Below, piece after piece: positions 60,124 through 64,000 of a stretch of DNA of 64,000 nucleotides. The stretch's first letter is position 1; each line of letters starts with the position of its first letter. The notes under the pieces were generated by a model that was given only the letters and a program-made list of their open reading frames with translations, did no database searches and was not told the origin of the DNA. Origin of the DNA: an uncultured delta proteobacterium (GTDB lineage: Bacteria > Myxococcota_A > Polyangia > Fen-1088). The stretch spans positions 1,408,001-1,472,000 of the forward strand of contig CAVYGB010000002.1 of NCBI GenBank assembly GCA_963767925.1, read 5' to 3'. The position numbers and the translations under genes are program-made.

Positions 60124-61149
60124 TCACTTCTCGTTGTCGTCGGCCGCCGGACGGGCCGGATGGGGACCCCGGTGGATGCTGGCGTCCGATTCGATCACCT
60201 CGCCCAGCTCCAGCACCTGCTTGAACCGGCGCAGGTCCTGGCTCAGCTTGATCTGTGGCACCGCCTTCAGCAGATTTGCCAGGGCCACGCCGAGCACACC
60301 TCCCGGCGGCTGCACGGTCATCGCCAGCACCACCTCGGTGCCCCGCCCGCCGGGCGCGCGCCGGAAGCGGACCTCACCCTGGTTCGGCAGCTCGGACCCC
60401 GGCCCGGCCCGCCAGGCGATGCGCTCGTTGGGCTGATCGGCGGTGATCTCCCCCTCCCACTGCAGGGACTTGCCCTTCACCGCCTGGGTCTTCCAGCGCG
60501 AGCGCCGGTCGTCGATCACCTCGACCGACTCGATGAAGGTCATGAACCGGGGCAGGTTGCGGAAGTTGCGCCAGAGCCGGTAGGCCTCCTCGGGCGGCCG
60601 GCCCACCGTGATCGCCGCCTTGACCTCCGCCGCGCGCTCCTCGGGCAGCGGGATCCCCTGGCGGTCGGCCCGGGTCAGCGCCCGGCTGGTCAGCACGTCG
60701 AGGATCGCCACGCCGGCCACCGAGGCCATGGCCAGCGGGACGCGGGTCCGGTCCACCTTGCGGGCGCCCAGCGCGTTGCCCAGCAGGAACAGATCGACGG
60801 CGTCGCCCACCACCCGGGTCCAGAGCCATCCGGTGGGGCGCGGCCGGACGAGGAGGCCGATCCCGGAGGTCAGCCCGCGCAGGCCGATCGCCCGCATGGT
60901 CAGGCTGCGGCGCCGGTTGCTTCCCAGACCGATCAGCCGCCCCACCTGGCGGGGGGCGATGAGCTGGCCCAGCCCCAGACCGACGCTGAGCCAGCCGAGG
61001 GCCCGCGCGCCGCGGTTGGCCCGGCCGAGCGTCGTGAGGCTGAGCGCGCGGCCGTTCGTCGCGGCCAGCGCGGACGATTTGCCCGTGCGCGACCAGCTCC
61101 GGTACGCGCTGTTCTTCGTGGTCTCCGTCTCCCTGTGTGTCTGGTCCAT
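60124..61149 (-). CDS. SRPBCC cyclase/dehydrase-family protein with an N-terminal membrane domain
   Basis: ALGWLSVGLG, RVVGDAVDL, WRNFRNLPRFM, DLRRFKQVLE; the usual partner of YbdR-like dehydrogenases. Confidence 0.88.
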   Translation of the reverse strand: MDQTHRETETTKNSAYRSWSRTGKSSALAATNGRALSLTTLGRANRGARALGWLSVGLGLGQLIAPRQVGRLIGLGSNRRRSLTMRAIGLRGLTSGIGLLVRPRPTGWLWTRVVGDAVDLFLLGNALGARKVDRTRVPLAMASVAGVAILDVLTSRALTRADRQGIPLPEERAAEVKAAITVGRPPEEAYRLWRNFRNLPRFMTFIESVEVIDDRRSRWKTQAVKGKSLQWEGEITADQPNERIAWRAGPGSELPNQGEVRFRRAPGGRGTEVVLAMTVQPPGGVLGVALANLLKAVPQIKLSQDLRRFKQVLELGEVIESDASIHRGPHPARPAADDNEK

Positions 61150-61479
61150 CTGGCCCCTCCACTCCTTCAGCAGAAATCCCAGGGAGGTTTTCCGGCCCCT
61201 CCCGCGAAAGCTGCGCGCCCGCTCTGGCCGAGCGGGCAAGGCGGCTTCGCGCGTGTGAACCTGGGGCTGCAGCAGCTGAGGTCAACGACCCCCTGCGCGG
61301 GGTGCGCGATCCGAGGCATTCCCCCTACCGCCGCGGCCGCCGGCGCGCCGACGCCACCCGTCGGTCAACCGCCGGGGTGCAGCGCGCCTCGATCCGTGCG
61401 TCCGGTCGCGCGCGATCGGGGTCGGGTTGTCGCGTCAGTGGATTTGACGGGCGCCGCTGCTTAAATTCTCCAGAGGCAC

Positions 61480-62403
61480 ATGGCTCTGGCACCGCCCAGC
61501 GCGCAGGCGCGCGTACGTCTTCTGATCGCGCCGATCCTGCTGGCGGCCGCCTCGTGCAGCTTGCCCGGGCCCGAATATTGGGTCCCGCGCGACGCCGGGG
61601 TCCCACCCGACTCGGCCGGCGTGCAGGGCGAGCAGGTGACCATCGACGGCGTGCCGGTGCCGAAGGAGAAGGTCGTCGTCTTCATCCACATCGGTCATTC
61701 CAACATGGCGGGCCGCACCGACCGCCCGCCCGAGCTGCGGCCGCTGAACTTCGACACCCATCCCCAGCTCTGGTCGGTCACCGACCAGGGCCAGTGGCTG
61801 CCGGCGCGCGAGCCGCTGTCGGGCGATTTTCTGACCCGGGGGCGGGCGGGCCCCGGCATGTCGATCCTGCGCACGGCCCTGGCGATGGCACCCGAGTCGA
61901 TCATCGTCTCCATCGGGCGCGGCCACGACGGCTCGCGCGGGGGCCGCTGCAGCGCCTTTCGCCGGGGGGGGCTGCTCCACGAGACCGTGATGGGCCCGGC
62001 CCGCAAGCTCAAGGGCAAGGTCACCTTCGGGGGCATCCTGAGCATGCTGGTGCTCATGGAGGCCTTCGTCGACAAGACCAAGCTCGCCACCTCGCACGAG
62101 TGTTACGAGGCGCTCGCCGCCGACCTGCGCGCGGAGCTCGGTGACCCCGACATCCCCTTCCTGATGAGCGACTGGGAGATGGGCGCCACCGGCCGGTTCG
62201 ATCCGGACATGCCCGACGCGGTCGTGGCCCGGGAACAGTTGCGGGTCGCGCAAAAAAACATTCCCCGCTCCGCCATCATCCCCACCGACCGGTTGCCGAT
62301 GTCCGACGACCACCACTTCGACCTGGTCGGTTACAAGCTGTGGGCCGAGCGCGCCTTCGGGATCTTGCAGGACGCTGGCTGGGCCCCCTGGGCTACGCGC
62401 TGA
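61480..62403 (+). CDS. SGNH sialate O-acetylesterase (SASA)-like lipoprotein
   Basis: AASC lipobox, IGHSNMAG block I, GPGM, DDHHF block V. Confidence 0.75.
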   Translation: MALAPPSAQARVRLLIAPILLAAASCSLPGPEYWVPRDAGVPPDSAGVQGEQVTIDGVPVPKEKVVVFIHIGHSNMAGRTDRPPELRPLNFDTHPQLWSVTDQGQWLPAREPLSGDFLTRGRAGPGMSILRTALAMAPESIIVSIGRGHDGSRGGRCSAFRRGGLLHETVMGPARKLKGKVTFGGILSMLVLMEAFVDKTKLATSHECYEALAADLRAELGDPDIPFLMSDWEMGATGRFDPDMPDAVVAREQLRVAQKNIPRSAIIPTDRLPMSDDHHFDLVGYKLWAERAFGILQDAGWAPWATR

Positions 62404-62476
62404 AATTTCCGGGGGCGGGGCCCGATCCCCCGTCGGGTTCTTGCTAGGGTGTGCCCAAGTCGACCAGGAGGCACAC

Positions 62477-63433
62477 ATGGACGGTCCCGACCGCAGCGAA
62501 GGCACCCCCGACAGCGCAGCCACGAATCCCGAGCAGTCCGCCGAGAAGCCGCGCCCCGGCGCGCGCGACTTCGATCCGGAGGTGTGGAACCTGTTCGACA
62601 AATACGTGCACGGCTTCCTGGACCGTCGCGGCTTCATCGAGGCGGCCGGCAAGTTCGCGGTGGGCGGCGTGACGGCCGCCGGGCTGCTCGAGGTGCTGAG
62701 CCCGCGCTTCGCCGAGGCCCAGCAGATCGCGCCGACCGACAAGCGGATCAAGGTGAGCCAGCTCGACATCGAATCGCCGCAGGGCTCGGGCAAGATCCGG
62801 GGCTACCTGGTGCGGCCGGCCGCCGGCAAGCGCAAGCTGCCCGCCGTGCTGGTGGTGCACGAGAACCGGGGGCTCAACCCGCACATCGAGGACGTGACCC
62901 GCCGGATGGCGCTGGAGGGCTTCGTCGCCCTGGCCCCCGACGCCCTCACCACGCTGGGCGGCTACCCCGGCGACGAGGACAAGGCGCGCGAGCTGTTCGG
63001 CAAGCTCGACCAGGACAAGATCCGCGAGGACTTCGTCGCGGCGGTGGCCTTCCTGAAGAAACACCCCGACAGCACCGCCAAGGTGGGCGTTGTCGGCTTC
63101 TGCTACGGCGGCGCCATCGCCAACATGCTGGCCACCCGCGTCCCCGACCTCGGCGGCGCGGTCCCCTTCTATGGCCGCCAGCCCACCGCGGAGGAGGCCG
63201 CCAGGATCAAGGCCCCCCTGCTCATCCACTACGCCGAGAACGACGAGCGGGTGAACGCCGGCGCGGCCGCCTACGAGGAGGCGCTGAAGGCCGCCAAGGT
63301 CAAGCACGAGGTCTTCAAGTACGCCGGCACCCAGCACGGCTTCAACAACGACACCACCCCCCGCTACGACAAGGCCGCCGCCACCCAGGCCTGGCAACGC
63401 ACCATCGCCTTCTTCAAGAAGAACCTCGCCTGA
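62477..63433 (+). CDS. Dienelactone hydrolase family protein (YghX-like)
   Basis: DRRGF, VHENRGLNPHI, GFCYGG, HGFNNDTTPRY; AGGAGG RBS. Confidence 0.92.
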   Translation: MDGPDRSEGTPDSAATNPEQSAEKPRPGARDFDPEVWNLFDKYVHGFLDRRGFIEAAGKFAVGGVTAAGLLEVLSPRFAEAQQIAPTDKRIKVSQLDIESPQGSGKIRGYLVRPAAGKRKLPAVLVVHENRGLNPHIEDVTRRMALEGFVALAPDALTTLGGYPGDEDKARELFGKLDQDKIREDFVAAVAFLKKHPDSTAKVGVVGFCYGGAIANMLATRVPDLGGAVPFYGRQPTAEEAARIKAPLLIHYAENDERVNAGAAAYEEALKAAKVKHEVFKYAGTQHGFNNDTTPRYDKAAATQAWQRTIAFFKKNLA

Positions 63434-63650
63434 CAGTTTTCCGCGTCCGAGCAGGCGCCCGTCCCCGTCCCCGTATGCGTCCCCGTCCCCGTCCCTGCGG
63501 CGGCCCTCCCAGCACGACTCGCCGAGCATCCTGACGACGCGGACCAGGAGAGACCGTTCCGTTCTCCAGGTCCGCAAGCACGCGCTCGCCAAGAGAGCCG
63601 GGCAGCACGCTGTCCCAAAGAGGCCGGGCAGCACCCCACCGCTCGCCCTA

Positions 63651-63700
63651 AACTACAGGTGTAGTTGACAGCATCGCCCGCGTGAACTACACCTGTAGTC
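63651..63700 (+). promoter_or_regulatory. Two TACA-N2-TGTA operators overlapping a sigma70-type promoter
   Basis: AACTACAGGTGTAGTT (63651-63666) and AACTACACCTGTAGTC (63685-63700); TTGACA at 63665-63670. Confidence 0.85.
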
Positions 63701-64000
63701 GTGACGCCCGAACCGCTGAGCGACGCGCAGCTGAGCTTCATGACCGCCCTCTGGGAGCTGGGCGAGGGCACCGTCGCCGAAGTCCAGGCCCGCCTCGAGC
63801 AGGGCGGCCGCACGCTCGCCCCCACCACGGTGGCCACCGTCCTGCGGCGGCTGGAGGCCAAGGGCTGGGTCGCCCACCGCGAGGAGGGCCGCGGCTTCGT
63901 CTACCGGGCCGCCATCACCCGCGAGCGAGCCAGCGGCAGTCTGCTACAGCGGCTGACGAGCGCGTTTTTCGGCGGCAACGTCCCGGAGCTGGTGAGCCAG
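63701..64000 (+). CDS. BlaI/MecI/CopY-family repressor (runs off window)
   Basis: Not in the ORF track. From GTG 63701: LSDAQLSFMTALW..GTVAEV..LAPTTVATVLRRLEAKGWV..GRGFVYRA..FFGG. Confidence 0.9.
   Translation, partial: MTPEPLSDAQLSFMTALWELGEGTVAEVQARLEQGGRTLAPTTVATVLRRLEAKGWVAHREEGRGFVYRAAITRERASGSLLQRLTSAFFGGNVPELVSQ

Noticed and set aside
63455..63645. CCCGTC hexamer runs and short GCCGGGCAGCAC repeats
   Set aside because: Low-complexity intergenic sequence with irregular spacing; not a CRISPR array or recognisable ncRNA.

Overview
Very GC-rich bacterial DNA whose gene content (Ser/Thr kinase-PEGA pair, zinc-ribbon/TPR protein, ECF-FecR unit, sigma54 activator, Cys-rich lipoproteins) points to a myxobacterium (inference). 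The window opens with a partial tadA and a divergent four-gene unit: an M48-type protease that has lost its catalytic residues, a dynamin-like GTPase carrying an in-frame palindromic insertion, a GT-C-like membrane protein, and a TPR-fused second dynamin. About 8.2-14.9 kb is a lower-GC, decaying accessory island. It holds an NRPS remnant, two paralogous small membrane proteins, an IS remnant, an ISL3-like MITE, and an integrase-less run of integron cassettes (two attC sites; DUF4145, a PIN toxin-antitoxin pair, a MITE-disrupted gene) fused to a broken phoD. The rest is mostly ordinary chromosome: hydrolases, an SRPBCC operon, yiaK, a DUF3570/DUF4266/TlpA cluster, a sigma54 two-component pair, pfk, an AAC(3)-IV-like acetyltransferase, a kinase with five tandem PAS repeats and a BlaI-type regulator. 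Six copies of a REP-like palindrome are scattered through it. Several genes carry indel frameshifts that may be consensus errors. All calls come from motif recognition by eye; no database search was run, and many start codons are uncertain.
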